NCBI GenBank assembly: GCA_017463425.1
Contig: JAFTPE010000014.1
Span: 29,325 to 93,324 of the forward strand
Origin: Clostridia bacterium
Lineage (GTDB): Bacteria > Bacillota > Clostridia > Christensenellales > Borkfalkiaceae
DNA: 64,000 bases
Direction: 5' to 3'
The notes beneath the pieces were generated by a model that was not told the DNA's origin, did not search any database, and worked only from the letters and a program-made list of their open reading frames with translations. The position numbers and the translations under genes are program-made. Of this stretch, positions 1 through 9,695 are shown one piece after another (the stretch's first letter is position 1; every line of letters begins with the position of its first letter).

Positions 1-89
1 TGGGCAGGTACGAGATGAACGAAGAAATTCGCTCTGAAATTATCGACGTAGGCTTGAAAGCGTTGGCAGGGGAGGAGATTGATTTATGA
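1..89 (+). CDS. 3' end of an upstream CDS cut by the window edge (product unknown; possibly the nuclease partner of the following SMC-like ATPase)
   Basis: Open frame 3..89 (GRYEMNEEIRSEIIDVGLKALAGEEIDL*). Its TGA overlaps the next ATG (ATGA at 86-89), suggesting translational coupling. Only 28 codons are visible, so the function is a guess from YhaO/YhaN-type pairing. Confidence 0.3.
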   Translation, partial: GRYEMNEEIRSEIIDVGLKALAGEEIDL

Positions 90-2359
90 AACTGCTGTCT
101 TGTTATATCGCAGGGTTTGGCAAATTCGTCAATCGTTCGTTCGACCTCTCAAACGACGTAATCGTGGTGAAAGAGGACAACGGTTGGGGCAAAACTACGC
201 TTGCGGATTTTTTAAAATGTATGTTTTACGGTATGGACGGCGGTAGAACAAAATCTATTGAAACCAACGAGCGCGCAAAATACGAACCGTGGCAAAGCCA
301 AGCCTTTGGCGGTACGCTTACGTTTACAGCGTACGGGAAAACGTATCGAATCGAGCGGGTTTTTGGGAAAACGCCCGCTGCGGATATCGTGAAAGTTTAC
401 GACCAAAACAATATGCTCTGTTACGATTTTGGCGACAAAGCCGAACGGATAGGCGAGGTGTTGTTCGGAATGGACGGTGAGAGTTTCCGCCGTTGCGTAT
501 ATATTCCCCAAGGCGAAATAAAAACGGACGGATTGCCGAGCGATATGAAAAACCGTTTGCTGGCTTTGCTGAGCAGCGGCGGCGCAGATGAAAATGGCGC
601 AGCGCGCGCGATTGAGAGGTTGGAAACGGCAGAGCGCGCTCTTCGCGCGAAACGTCGTCCGTCAAAGGGAAAGTTGGACGAATTGGACGACAAGTTATTG
701 GAAATATCCAGACAAAAGGCAGAGTGCGCAAAATTCGCCGAGGCAAAGAAACAAGCGGAATACGAATTGCAAAAACGTACAACGGAATTGTCGGAATGTA
801 ATGAAAAAATCAAAGCGTTGTCGTCGGTGATTGAGAAGATTGCAAAAAACAACGAATGGGCGGCGAAACGGGGCGTTTACAACGAAGTGCAAGAACAAGC
901 CGTTCGCAATCGCGTCGCTTTGGACGAATTTGGTCGTTTTTTTGGAGAAATCGACCCGAAAACAGTAAATATCAAAGGTTTGCAAACTGCCGTTTCAGAA
1001 TTTTACGCTTTGAAGGAAGAAAACGCAAAAGTAGAGGTTAAACTGAGGGAAATCGAAACCAAAATCAAAGAACGGGACGGCTCGTCTGCGCAACTTGTCG
1101 CGTGCAAAAAAACAATGTCGTCTTACGGCAAAATTTTGAATAAAAACGACAAAACGGAGGGGGCAGGTACGCCTACAAATGAAAAGCCGACGAAAAAAGA
1201 GGGGGGTAAAAAACGAGGCTCGTTTCTCTGGTTGTTCGTAGGTTTGTTTGCGATAATATACGGCGCAACGCAAGCGGAATCCAATCCGACGATCGGTTAT
1301 TTTTTGTTGGGGTTGGGCGCGTTGGGGTTGCTATGGACGTTTATTCAAGTGTTGCCAAAATACGTGAACGGAGCTAGAAAGAACCGTAAAAAAACAAACA
1401 ATACGGCAGACGAATTGGATGATACGTTTGCAATCGAATATACGCAAACGGAGGCGGAAATCGCATTTTTGCAAAAACGCCTAAAACAATTTCCGCCCGA
1501 CCTTGACACAATCAAGGAACAATACGGCGCGATATTGGAAGAAAAAACACGTCGCGCGGAAGGGCTAGAAAAAGCTATCGTCGAATTTTTGAAAAATTTC
1601 GGATTTTCTGGTCAATACGATTATCGCGCGTCGTTATCCGTTTTGCAAGAAAAAATTGTTTTGTATTCTCGCGTGATGCAAGAAAATGCAGACAATCAGC
1701 AGCGTTTGAAAACGTTGGAAACCGAATTACAAACCCTTTTAGACGGCGAAGAAACGGCGCAGTATCCTACGGGCAACTTGGATGCGTTGCGTACGGAAAA
1801 ATCCCAATGGGAACGAAGAAAGGAAACGCTGTATTCCGAATGGGCGCGCCTTTCGGCATTGGTTGAAAATTACGCTTTGAAGTGCGATATCAACGAATTT
1901 AACGTGGAGGAAAAGCGTTTATCGGAAGAAAAACAACGATTGGAAAGACGTTTGTTCGTGGTGCAGAGCGCGAAAAAATTCTTGCTCCGCGCGCAAGAAA
2001 ATATGGCGACGCGCTATCTTTCTCCCGTGGAGAAAAATTGTAAAAAGCATTTGGAAAGTATGGGCGTATCGGCAAGCGGATTGCATTTTACCGCCGACGG
2101 CGCGGCGCAAATCGAAACGCAAGGCAAAACACACGGGGTGGAGTATTACAGCACAGGCGAAAGGGAATTGACGGATTTTTGTACCCGTATCGCCTTGATT
2201 GAAACGTTGTTTACCAAAGAACAACCGCCTCTTGTGTTAGACGACCCGTTTGCAAATTTGGACGACAAAAAGACGGAACGCGCGAAAAAGTTCGTCAAAG
2301 ACCTTTCTAAACGTTATCAGATTTTGTATTTCACTTGTAAATCGGACAGAAAACTGTAA
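86..2359 (+). CDS. Rad50/SbcC/YhaN-like SMC-type ABC ATPase with a central membrane hairpin
   Basis: 757 aa. N-terminal P-loop GWGKTT, long K/E/Q-rich coiled-coil stretches, and two adjacent hydrophobic helices mid-protein (nt ~1217-1356). C-terminal signature-like YSTGERE and Walker B LVLDDPFANLD. Confidence 0.7.
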   Translation: MKLLSCYIAGFGKFVNRSFDLSNDVIVVKEDNGWGKTTLADFLKCMFYGMDGGRTKSIETNERAKYEPWQSQAFGGTLTFTAYGKTYRIERVFGKTPAADIVKVYDQNNMLCYDFGDKAERIGEVLFGMDGESFRRCVYIPQGEIKTDGLPSDMKNRLLALLSSGGADENGAARAIERLETAERALRAKRRPSKGKLDELDDKLLEISRQKAECAKFAEAKKQAEYELQKRTTELSECNEKIKALSSVIEKIAKNNEWAAKRGVYNEVQEQAVRNRVALDEFGRFFGEIDPKTVNIKGLQTAVSEFYALKEENAKVEVKLREIETKIKERDGSSAQLVACKKTMSSYGKILNKNDKTEGAGTPTNEKPTKKEGGKKRGSFLWLFVGLFAIIYGATQAESNPTIGYFLLGLGALGLLWTFIQVLPKYVNGARKNRKKTNNTADELDDTFAIEYTQTEAEIAFLQKRLKQFPPDLDTIKEQYGAILEEKTRRAEGLEKAIVEFLKNFGFSGQYDYRASLSVLQEKIVLYSRVMQENADNQQRLKTLETELQTLLDGEETAQYPTGNLDALRTEKSQWERRKETLYSEWARLSALVENYALKCDINEFNVEEKRLSEEKQRLERRLFVVQSAKKFLLRAQENMATRYLSPVEKNCKKHLESMGVSASGLHFTADGAAQIETQGKTHGVEYYSTGERELTDFCTRIALIETLFTKEQPPLVLDDPFANLDDKKTERAKKFVKDLSKRYQILYFTCKSDRKL

Positions 2360-2397
2360 AAACAGAAGAGTGTGATGTTTTTGATTTTAAAAAATTA

Positions 2398-2426
2398 TTG
2401 ACATTAAAAATAAAAGATGATATAAT
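2398..2426 (+). promoter_or_regulatory. Consensus sigma-A promoter of the LRR lipoprotein gene
   Basis: TTGACA (2398-2403), 17 nt spacer, TATAAT (2421-2426). Confidence 0.65.
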
Positions 2427-2463
2427 AAATTCAATATCGTCTATTCTTATTGGAGACAAAATT

Positions 2464-4836
2464 ATGAAAAAATTGAAAAGATTTTTATTAGCGTTGTTAT
2501 CGATTTTAACGATTGCCTACGGTATAACGACATTGAGCGCATGCTTAGGAGATACGGAAGAAAATTTAAATGGAATTATCAGTAGTAGTTCGTTGGATCA
2601 AAATAGCAACGACAATGCGTTGAGTACAACAGATAGCAGTAGAGTGAGTGGTGATTCGTCGAATTTAATTGAGTCGAGTTTAAATAGCGTGGATAGTTCG
2701 ACATCTGATAATAGTTCAAATATATCAAGCAGTTCGGATGAAGGGTTAAATAGTAGTTCTGTGAATACGCAAACACCTGTTGACTCTTCTTTATTGCATC
2801 TACACGTTTATACAGCAGAGGAAACGACTTCGGCGACTTGTACGGAGGGTGTGATGACGTATACTTGCAGTTGTAATGATAGGTATACAGAAATAATTGA
2901 GGAACTTGAACATACGGGAGGGACAGCAACTTGTACAACCAAAGCGGTGTGTACGGGTTGTCAAGAAGAATACGGTGATGTTTTGGGGCATACGGGTGGT
3001 ACGGCAACTTGTGAATTGCAAGCTACGTGTACTCGTTGTGGCGAAAAGTATGGTGGGCTGGCTGCGCATATATATGAAAATAAAAAGTGTACGGTTTGCG
3101 AAGATACACTAAAAACAAGCGAGGGATTAGAGTTTTCTTGGATAGAAAGCGAACAAGGATATTATTTAACGGGCATAGGTACGTGTACGGATACGGATAT
3201 AGTAATCGATACATACAATGGCAAACCTATTCTTTCTGTTTTTGATATATTCCGAAATAGCAATTTAACGAGCGTTATTATCGGTGATAGCGTAGAATAT
3301 ATTTCTTCAGGTGCATTTTTTGATTCTAAAAATTTAACGAGCGTTGTAATAGGCGAAGGGACAACGGAAATTGGCGGCGGTGCGTTTTCGGGTTGTACGA
3401 ATTTGCAAAAAGTCGTAATAGGGAATAATGTAAGAAAGATTGCTGAACAAGCATTTAAAGATTGTACTTCTTTAAAAGAGGTATATATTGAAGATGTTAA
3501 AAATTGGTATGAAATTCAATTCGAAGACTATATGGCGAATCCCTTGAATTGTGGGGGAGCATTGTATGAAGATAATCAATTGGTAACTTCTATTGTCGTG
3601 CCAAATGGAATAACGGAGATAAAACGTTATGCGTTTTTTGGCTGCACGTCTTTACGGAACATAGAGATTGGAAATGATGTAACACATATTTTCTATAACG
3701 CATTTTATAATTGTAGCAACTTAACAAATGTTATTATCGGTAAAAATGTAACGCATATTTATTCGGTTTTTCAGAACTGTGAGAATTTGGAAAGTATGAC
3801 ACTTCCGTTTGTGGGAGCGAGCAGGACTTCTTTTGAAGATTCCATGAAAGACAATGACATTTTCGGATATATATTCGGAACAGGTACTACTGATTCTCGC
3901 TATGGTTATAATAAGGGTGTGCCGCAGTCTTTAAAAGAAGTAATCATTACGGATGCGATTACGATTCCAAATCTCGCATTTAAAAATTGTGGATATATAA
4001 AAAAGGTTCTTCTTGCTAATGGGGTAACGAGTATAGGGAATTATGCGTTTGAAAATTGTTCTAGATTAAAAAGCATGGTAATCCCGAACAGTGTAACAAG
4101 TATAGGGAATTATGCTTTTCTGCATAGTGGGGTAGATAGCATAGTGATACCTAACAGTGTAACAAGCATAGGCGTCGCAGCTTTTTCAAATTGTAACAGT
4201 TTAGAAAGTATAGAGATTCCGAACAGCGTAACAAGTATAGGTAGTTCGGCGTTTAGAGATTGTCGAAAATTAATAAATATAACGTTAAGTGAAAATTTAA
4301 AAGAAATCGGATGGCAGGCATTTGCTAATACAGGATATTATAACAATGAAAATAATTGGGAAAATAATTTGTTGTATATAGGGAAATATTTGATTGTTGC
4401 TAACATATATTTGAACGGGAAATGTATCGTAAAGGAAGGAACGAAATATATAGCAAACGGTACATTTAGAAACTGTGCGGCAATGACGGAAGTTTTGATT
4501 CCTGAAGGGGTTACAGAATTGGGAGATTCGGTATTTCAAGAGTGTTCCGCATTGAAAAGTGTTATTATTCCTGCTAGTGTTACGAAAGTTGATGATTGGG
4601 CATTTTGGAAATGTGAAAAGCTGGAAAAGGTATATTATAAAGGCACGCAAGAAAGTTGGAATGAAATCGCTGTTTCTGATTATTATAATGGAAATGATTG
4701 TTTAAACGAGGCAACGTTATATTATTACAACCAGAGCGAGCCTGCGTTGAATATGGACGGTACGGCTTACGACGGTAATTGGTGGCATTATGATGCGGAT
4801 GCCATTACCCCTGTGGTATGGCAGAAAGAAGAATAG
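2464..4836 (+). CDS. Surface lipoprotein with Cys-rich tandem modules and BspA-type leucine-rich repeats
   Basis: The ORF-track start at 2398 is actually the -35 hexamer of a consensus promoter. ATG 2464 follows GGAGA and gives MKKLKRFLLALLSILTIAYGITTLSAC (signal peptide plus lipobox). Next come an S/N/D-rich linker, repeated HTGGTATC-x5-C-x2-C modules, and many ~23-aa IPNSVTSIGxxAFxxC repeats. AT-rich versus the flanks. Confidence 0.8.
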   Translation: MKKLKRFLLALLSILTIAYGITTLSACLGDTEENLNGIISSSSLDQNSNDNALSTTDSSRVSGDSSNLIESSLNSVDSSTSDNSSNISSSSDEGLNSSSVNTQTPVDSSLLHLHVYTAEETTSATCTEGVMTYTCSCNDRYTEIIEELEHTGGTATCTTKAVCTGCQEEYGDVLGHTGGTATCELQATCTRCGEKYGGLAAHIYENKKCTVCEDTLKTSEGLEFSWIESEQGYYLTGIGTCTDTDIVIDTYNGKPILSVFDIFRNSNLTSVIIGDSVEYISSGAFFDSKNLTSVVIGEGTTEIGGGAFSGCTNLQKVVIGNNVRKIAEQAFKDCTSLKEVYIEDVKNWYEIQFEDYMANPLNCGGALYEDNQLVTSIVVPNGITEIKRYAFFGCTSLRNIEIGNDVTHIFYNAFYNCSNLTNVIIGKNVTHIYSVFQNCENLESMTLPFVGASRTSFEDSMKDNDIFGYIFGTGTTDSRYGYNKGVPQSLKEVIITDAITIPNLAFKNCGYIKKVLLANGVTSIGNYAFENCSRLKSMVIPNSVTSIGNYAFLHSGVDSIVIPNSVTSIGVAAFSNCNSLESIEIPNSVTSIGSSAFRDCRKLINITLSENLKEIGWQAFANTGYYNNENNWENNLLYIGKYLIVANIYLNGKCIVKEGTKYIANGTFRNCAAMTEVLIPEGVTELGDSVFQECSALKSVIIPASVTKVDDWAFWKCEKLEKVYYKGTQESWNEIAVSDYYNGNDCLNEATLYYYNQSEPALNMDGTAYDGNWWHYDADAITPVVWQKEE

Positions 4837-4899
4837 AAATTACATTCCTTGGCTTAGGATAGAGAGTAGTGAAGGGATAGAATTGTGTGAAACAAAAGA

Positions 4900-4939
4900 T
4901 TTTCACGGTGCGGCGATAAGTTGCGCCGTGAAAATTTTG
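4900..4939 (+). terminator. Rho-independent terminator after the LRR lipoprotein gene
   Basis: TTTTCACGGTGCG..loop..GCGCCGTGAAAA followed by TTTT. Confidence 0.6.
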
Positions 4940-4968
4940 TGAAACGACAAATTTTTTCTTTGAAATGA

Positions 4969-4997
4969 TTGACTTTATTTTCGATAAAAAATATAAT
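4969..4997 (+). promoter_or_regulatory. Sigma-A promoter of the ABC exporter operon
   Basis: TTGACT (4969-4974), 17 nt spacer, TATAAT (4992-4997). Confidence 0.6.
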
Positions 4998-5074
4998 AAT
5001 ATCGTTCGCATATTATATAACGTTCGGGCGCAACGCACGCGCGCGTGAGAAAAAAGTGCATTGGAGGTAATCGA

Positions 5075-6883
5075 GTGGTAAATACAGTAAAAACCTTGCT
5101 AAAAAGCGTTCGGCAATATAAAAAGCCGTCTTTAATCACGCCCCTCTTTATGACGATAGAGGCGTTTTGCGAATGTCTGATTCCGTTTTTTATGGCAAGA
5201 ATGATAAACGAAAACGTATTGGCGCAGACGGGCGCAATGCAACATATCTTAAAGTACGGGCTGATTTTATTGTTGCTTGCCACCGTGTCTTTGACCAGCG
5301 GTGTATTGGCAGGTCAGTTTGCTGCCACGGCAAGTTGCGGTTTTGCAGCCAATCTTAGACACGATTTGTTTTATAAAGTGCAAAAATTTTCTTTTGCCAA
5401 CGTGGATAAATTTTCCACGTCCTCGCTCGTTACACGTTTGACCACGGACGTAACCAACGTGCAACAATCGTATCAAATGTGTTTGCGTATCGCAATCCGC
5501 GTGCCGTTACAATTCATTTTCGCTATTATTATGAGCTTTACCATCAACGCGCGATTGGCTTGGATATTCTTGGCAATCGTGCCTCTCGTGGGCGGTTGCA
5601 TCATTTTGATTATGCGGTTCGTAATGCCATTTTTCCGTCGTATTTTCAAAAAATACGACGCGTTAAACAATTCCGTTCAAGAAAACGTAGGCGGTATTCG
5701 CGTCGTGAAATCCTTCGTTCGAGAAAAGCACGAAACGGAAAAGTTTGAAAAAGCGGCGGGCGAAGTTCGCAACGATTTTACCCGCGCAGAGAAAATTTTG
5801 GCGTTGAACAATCCTATGATGACCTTGTTTATCAACGTGGCGGCGGTACTGATTGCGTATTTGGGTGCAAGACAGATTATCACAACGTCAGAAGCGAACG
5901 GCGGTGTGTTGCCTACGGGCGCGTTTGCCACCAGCAACCTTTCCGCCTTGATTACTTACGGGGTGCAAATTTTATCCTGTTGCATGATGTTTTCAATGGT
6001 GTTCGTTATGATAACTATGTCCTTTGAATCGGCGCGCCGTATTGGCGAAGTATTGACGCAAGAATCCGATTTAACTACCCCCGAAAATGCGGTCAAAGAA
6101 GTGAAAGACGGTTCTATTCGATTTGAAAACGTCAATTTCAAATATTCGGAAACTGCCAACAATTACGCCTTATCCAATATCACTCTGGATATAAAATCGG
6201 GCGAAACCGTAGGTGTTTTGGGCGGTACAGGTTCGTCTAAAACCACGTTTGTACAGCTCATTCCCCGTTTGTACGATTGCACGGAGGGGAACGTATACGT
6301 CGGTGGTGTAAACGTGAAAGAATACGATTTGGACGCGCTCAGAAAAGAAGTTGCCGTCGTGTTGCAAAAGAACGTATTGTTTTCTGGTACGATAAAAGAA
6401 AATCTTCGTTGGGGGGACGAAACCGCGAGCGACGAAGAATTGGTTCGGGTTTGTAAATTGGCGCAAGCAGACGAATTTATAAATTCGTTCCCCGACGGAT
6501 ACGACACGTATATCGAACAGGGCGGAACGAACGTATCGGGCGGTCAAAAACAACGCCTTTGTATCGCGCGCGCCTTGCTTAGAAAACCCAAAGTGTTGAT
6601 TTTGGACGATTCGACGTCGGCGGTTGATACGCGTACAGACGCAATGATTCGTCAGGCGTTTGCGAAAGAAATCCCCAACACCACGAAAATCATTATTGCG
6701 CAACGTATTTCGTCCATTGAACACGCAGATAAAATCGTCGTATTGGACGGCGGTAAAATCGTTGCTTGCGGCACGCACGATACACTCATAAAAACCAGCG
6801 ACGTCTACCGTGAAACGTACGAGGCGCAAACTAAGAGCAAAGCCGACGAGTCGGCAGAAAGCGAAGAAGGAGGGGATAAATAA
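5075..6883 (+). CDS. ABC exporter permease/ATPase, degenerate-site half of a heterodimeric pair
   Basis: TM domain plus NBD. Walker A GGTGSSKT, signature VSGGQKQR, and Walker B LILDDSTSAVD with D in place of the catalytic E. Start set at GTG 5075 after GGAGG; GTG 5045 (ORF track) remains possible. Confidence 0.85.
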   Translation: MVNTVKTLLKSVRQYKKPSLITPLFMTIEAFCECLIPFFMARMINENVLAQTGAMQHILKYGLILLLLATVSLTSGVLAGQFAATASCGFAANLRHDLFYKVQKFSFANVDKFSTSSLVTRLTTDVTNVQQSYQMCLRIAIRVPLQFIFAIIMSFTINARLAWIFLAIVPLVGGCIILIMRFVMPFFRRIFKKYDALNNSVQENVGGIRVVKSFVREKHETEKFEKAAGEVRNDFTRAEKILALNNPMMTLFINVAAVLIAYLGARQIITTSEANGGVLPTGAFATSNLSALITYGVQILSCCMMFSMVFVMITMSFESARRIGEVLTQESDLTTPENAVKEVKDGSIRFENVNFKYSETANNYALSNITLDIKSGETVGVLGGTGSSKTTFVQLIPRLYDCTEGNVYVGGVNVKEYDLDALRKEVAVVLQKNVLFSGTIKENLRWGDETASDEELVRVCKLAQADEFINSFPDGYDTYIEQGGTNVSGGQKQRLCIARALLRKPKVLILDDSTSAVDTRTDAMIRQAFAKEIPNTTKIIIAQRISSIEHADKIVVLDGGKIVACGTHDTLIKTSDVYRETYEAQTKSKADESAESEEGGDK

Positions 6884-8862
6884 TGTCCGAAGAAAAGAAA
6901 TACGAACAAAAACCCCGTCCCGTTCGCCCTATGCGTGGGCGCGGTATGCCCGTGCCGAAAGGCGCAATCAAAAAAGGCACGCTGCCTCGCCTTATCAAAA
7001 CGGTGTTTAAATATTATAAATGGCAAATGATTTTGGTATTCGTTTGCATTTTATTCAATTCGTTTGGCAGCCTTGTTTCCTCGGTGTTTATGCAATCGTT
7101 GATAGACGAGGTGATTACGCCGGGCATTTCCGCAGGACTTGGCGCGGTGCAAGGGAAATTGATTGGATTGATTCTTGCAATGGCGGTGGCGTACGGAATC
7201 GTTATCGTCGCAGGATTTTTCTATAATCGGATTATGGCAACCGTAACGCAGGGTATGTTGTATCATCTCCGTAGAGATATGTTTGCGAAAATGCAAACGT
7301 TGCCTATCAAATATTTCGATACGCACGCGCACGGCGAAATTATGAGCGCGTATACAAACGACACCGACGCAACCCGTCAGTTGATTGGACAGAGCTTGCC
7401 TACACTACTGAGCAGTAGTTTAACTTTGCTGATTTCCATTTCCTTGATGCTTTGGTACAGCGTATGGCTGTCGTTGGTTATGTTCGTTTGTACGTTCGCC
7501 ATGACTTTCGTCGTGAAGAAAATAGGCGGAAACAGCGCGAAATATATGGTTTCGCAACAAACCTCGCTCGCGAAAGAGGAGGGGTTTGTTGAGGAGATGA
7601 TGAAAGGTCAAAAGGTTGTCAAAGTGTTCACGCACGAGGAACGGGCGAAAGAGGACTTTGACAAACTCAATACCCAGCTGTTCAAAGACAGCGAACGGGC
7701 GCACCGTTTTGGGAATATTCTCGGCCCGATTTTGGGGAATATCGGCAATTTTACGTACGTATTGTTGGCGATATGCGGCGGTTTGTTTTTGACCTTGAAA
7801 ATCCCCAACGTAGCCATTAGCAGTATCGTAAGCGGTATTCAAATTATTACAATCGGTAAAATTATTGCGTTTTTGGGTATGTCGAGAAACTTTACGCAAA
7901 TCGTCAACCAAATGTCCCAACAAATTTCTATGATAGCCATGGGTTTGGCAGGAGCAAGCCGCGTATTTACGCTTATGGACGAAGAACCTGAGAAAGACGA
8001 CGGATACGTAACCCTTGTCAACGCAAAAATAAACGAAAGTGGCGAACTCGTTGAAACGGACGAACGCACGGGGCTTTGGGCTTGGAAACATTACCATAAA
8101 GCAGACGGAACGACGACGTATACGCAGCTGAAAGGCGAAGTGGTTCTGGATAGCGTAGATTTTGGATACGTGGAAGAAAAACAAGTACTTTCCGACGTTT
8201 CGTTGTACGCAAAACCCGGTCAAAAAATTGCGTTCGTTGGCGCGACGGGCGCAGGCAAAACCACGATTACCAACCTTATCAATCGGTTTTATGATATTGC
8301 GGACGGAAAAATTCGTTACGACGGCATTAACGTAAATAAAATTTGTAAAAACGATTTGCGCCGTTCGCTTGGCGTCGTGTTGCAGGACGTAAACCTGTTC
8401 ACGGGTACGGTTATGGACAATATTCGTTACGGGCGTTTGGACGCAACGGACGAAGAATGTATTGAGGCGGCTAAACTTGCCAACGCGGACGATTTTATTT
8501 CCCGTTTGCCCGAGGGCTATAACACATTGCTTGCCAATAACGGGGCGAATCTTTCTCAGGGACAGCGTCAGTTGCTGTCGATTGCGCGCGCGGCGGTTGC
8601 CGACCCTCCCGTAATGATTTTGGACGAGGCAACGTCGTCTATTGATACGCGTACCGAGGCTTTGGTGCAGGACGGTATGGATAAGTTGATGATAGACAGA
8701 ACGGTGTTCGTAATCGCGCACAGATTGTCCACCGTTAGAAATTCCAATGCGATTATGGTGCTTGACCACGGGAAAATTATCGAACGTGGCACGCACGAAC
8801 AGTTGATTGCGCAACGTGGTACGTATTATCAGCTGTATACGGGCGCGTTTGAATTGGAATAG
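6883..8862 (+). CDS. ABC exporter permease/ATPase, consensus-site half of the heterodimer
   Basis: Walker A GATGAGKTT, signature LSQGQRQL, canonical Walker B MILDEATSSID. The start overlaps the upstream stop (TAATG). Confidence 0.9.
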   Translation: MSEEKKYEQKPRPVRPMRGRGMPVPKGAIKKGTLPRLIKTVFKYYKWQMILVFVCILFNSFGSLVSSVFMQSLIDEVITPGISAGLGAVQGKLIGLILAMAVAYGIVIVAGFFYNRIMATVTQGMLYHLRRDMFAKMQTLPIKYFDTHAHGEIMSAYTNDTDATRQLIGQSLPTLLSSSLTLLISISLMLWYSVWLSLVMFVCTFAMTFVVKKIGGNSAKYMVSQQTSLAKEEGFVEEMMKGQKVVKVFTHEERAKEDFDKLNTQLFKDSERAHRFGNILGPILGNIGNFTYVLLAICGGLFLTLKIPNVAISSIVSGIQIITIGKIIAFLGMSRNFTQIVNQMSQQISMIAMGLAGASRVFTLMDEEPEKDDGYVTLVNAKINESGELVETDERTGLWAWKHYHKADGTTTYTQLKGEVVLDSVDFGYVEEKQVLSDVSLYAKPGQKIAFVGATGAGKTTITNLINRFYDIADGKIRYDGINVNKICKNDLRRSLGVVLQDVNLFTGTVMDNIRYGRLDATDEECIEAAKLANADDFISRLPEGYNTLLANNGANLSQGQRQLLSIARAAVADPPVMILDEATSSIDTRTEALVQDGMDKLMIDRTVFVIAHRLSTVRNSNAIMVLDHGKIIERGTHEQLIAQRGTYYQLYTGAFELE

Positions 8863-8879
8863 GAAAACGACAGGTATAT

Positions 8880-8920
8880 AAAAAAGAGTTTGGATTTTTT
8901 AAAATCCAAACTCTTTTTTG
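8880..8920. terminator. Bidirectional terminator between the convergent ABC exporter and PHP phosphatase genes
   Basis: AAAAAGAGTTTGGATTTT / AAAATCCAAACTCTTTTT: an 18-bp perfect stem flanked by an A-run and a T-run. Confidence 0.8.
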
Positions 8921-8932
8921 TTTTTAAATTAT

Positions 8933-9694
8933 TCAAATCAATGGTTTATCAATTAAACGTAAACCCAATTCATTCACCATTTCCAACGCGATTTTTTCAG
9001 AAATCAAATCTCCAACGTGTTGTGGTTCGTGCGCGTCGCAACCGATAATCACTTCGTTGCCGACTTCCGCTGCTATTTTAAATAACGTTCTATTTGGATA
9101 TTGCCGTTTAGAACGTATCCCAAGCAGGTTGATTTCTAAGGGAATATGCAAGGCTTTTGCTCCTTCACACAATCGCAAATATTCACGCGAAACGGCGGTT
9201 TCCGAAAATAGATATCCTGCAATATCGGGATGAGCCAAATATAAAAAATCACCCGTTTTCAATCCCTCCAACGTTTGGGTAACGTACGAGGATAACACTT
9301 TGTCGGGTCTATATTCCGTTTTCGTATGCACCACCCGTTCTTCATTGCCCAAAAGATGTTGACCCAAAATCAAATAATCGGGATTTACTTCCTTTAAAAA
9401 AGCCGTTTCTTGATCGTGCCAAGCGGGATAATATTCCAGCTCAAAACCGCATAGAATACGAATATCCTTTTCGTATTCTTTTGCCAAGGCGCGGATAGAG
9501 GCAACGTATTCGTCGCGTTTTTCCACCGCCATACGGAAAGTGGAATACGGCTTGTTTTCAGGAAAAACGTAGGGTGCGTGGTCGGAAAACCCCAACGTTT
9601 TTACGCCGTTTTTGACGGCGTTTTCCACGTACTCGCGATCCGCCCCTACGGCGTGATTGCACCGCGTCGTATGCGTGTGATAATTAAACAACAT
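8933..9694 (-). CDS. PHP-family histidinol-phosphatase (HisJ/HisK-like)
   Basis: 253 aa. N-terminal HTHTxRCxHA metal motif, then GFSDHAP and a C-terminal GCDAHEP motif, typical of PHP histidinol phosphatases. Confidence 0.75.
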   Translation of the reverse strand: MLFNYHTHTTRCNHAVGADREYVENAVKNGVKTLGFSDHAPYVFPENKPYSTFRMAVEKRDEYVASIRALAKEYEKDIRILCGFELEYYPAWHDQETAFLKEVNPDYLILGQHLLGNEERVVHTKTEYRPDKVLSSYVTQTLEGLKTGDFLYLAHPDIAGYLFSETAVSREYLRLCEGAKALHIPLEINLLGIRSKRQYPNRTLFKIAAEVGNEVIIGCDAHEPQHVGDLISEKIALEMVNELGLRLIDKPLI

Positions 9695-9695
9695 A

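Noticed and set aside
2398-2463. N-terminal extensions in the ORF track (also 28483-28605, 53024-53188, 36281-36310, 45851-45883, 34014-34058, 14258-14275, 50461-50487)
   Set aside because: The extended starts run through promoters, terminators or the preceding gene, and they lack an SD. Internal ATGs with good SDs give N-termini matching the family consensus.
7420-8814. 464-aa minus-strand ORF
   Set aside because: It is antisense to the second ABC exporter gene and has no motifs. The same applies to 6170-6829, which is antisense to the first ABC gene.
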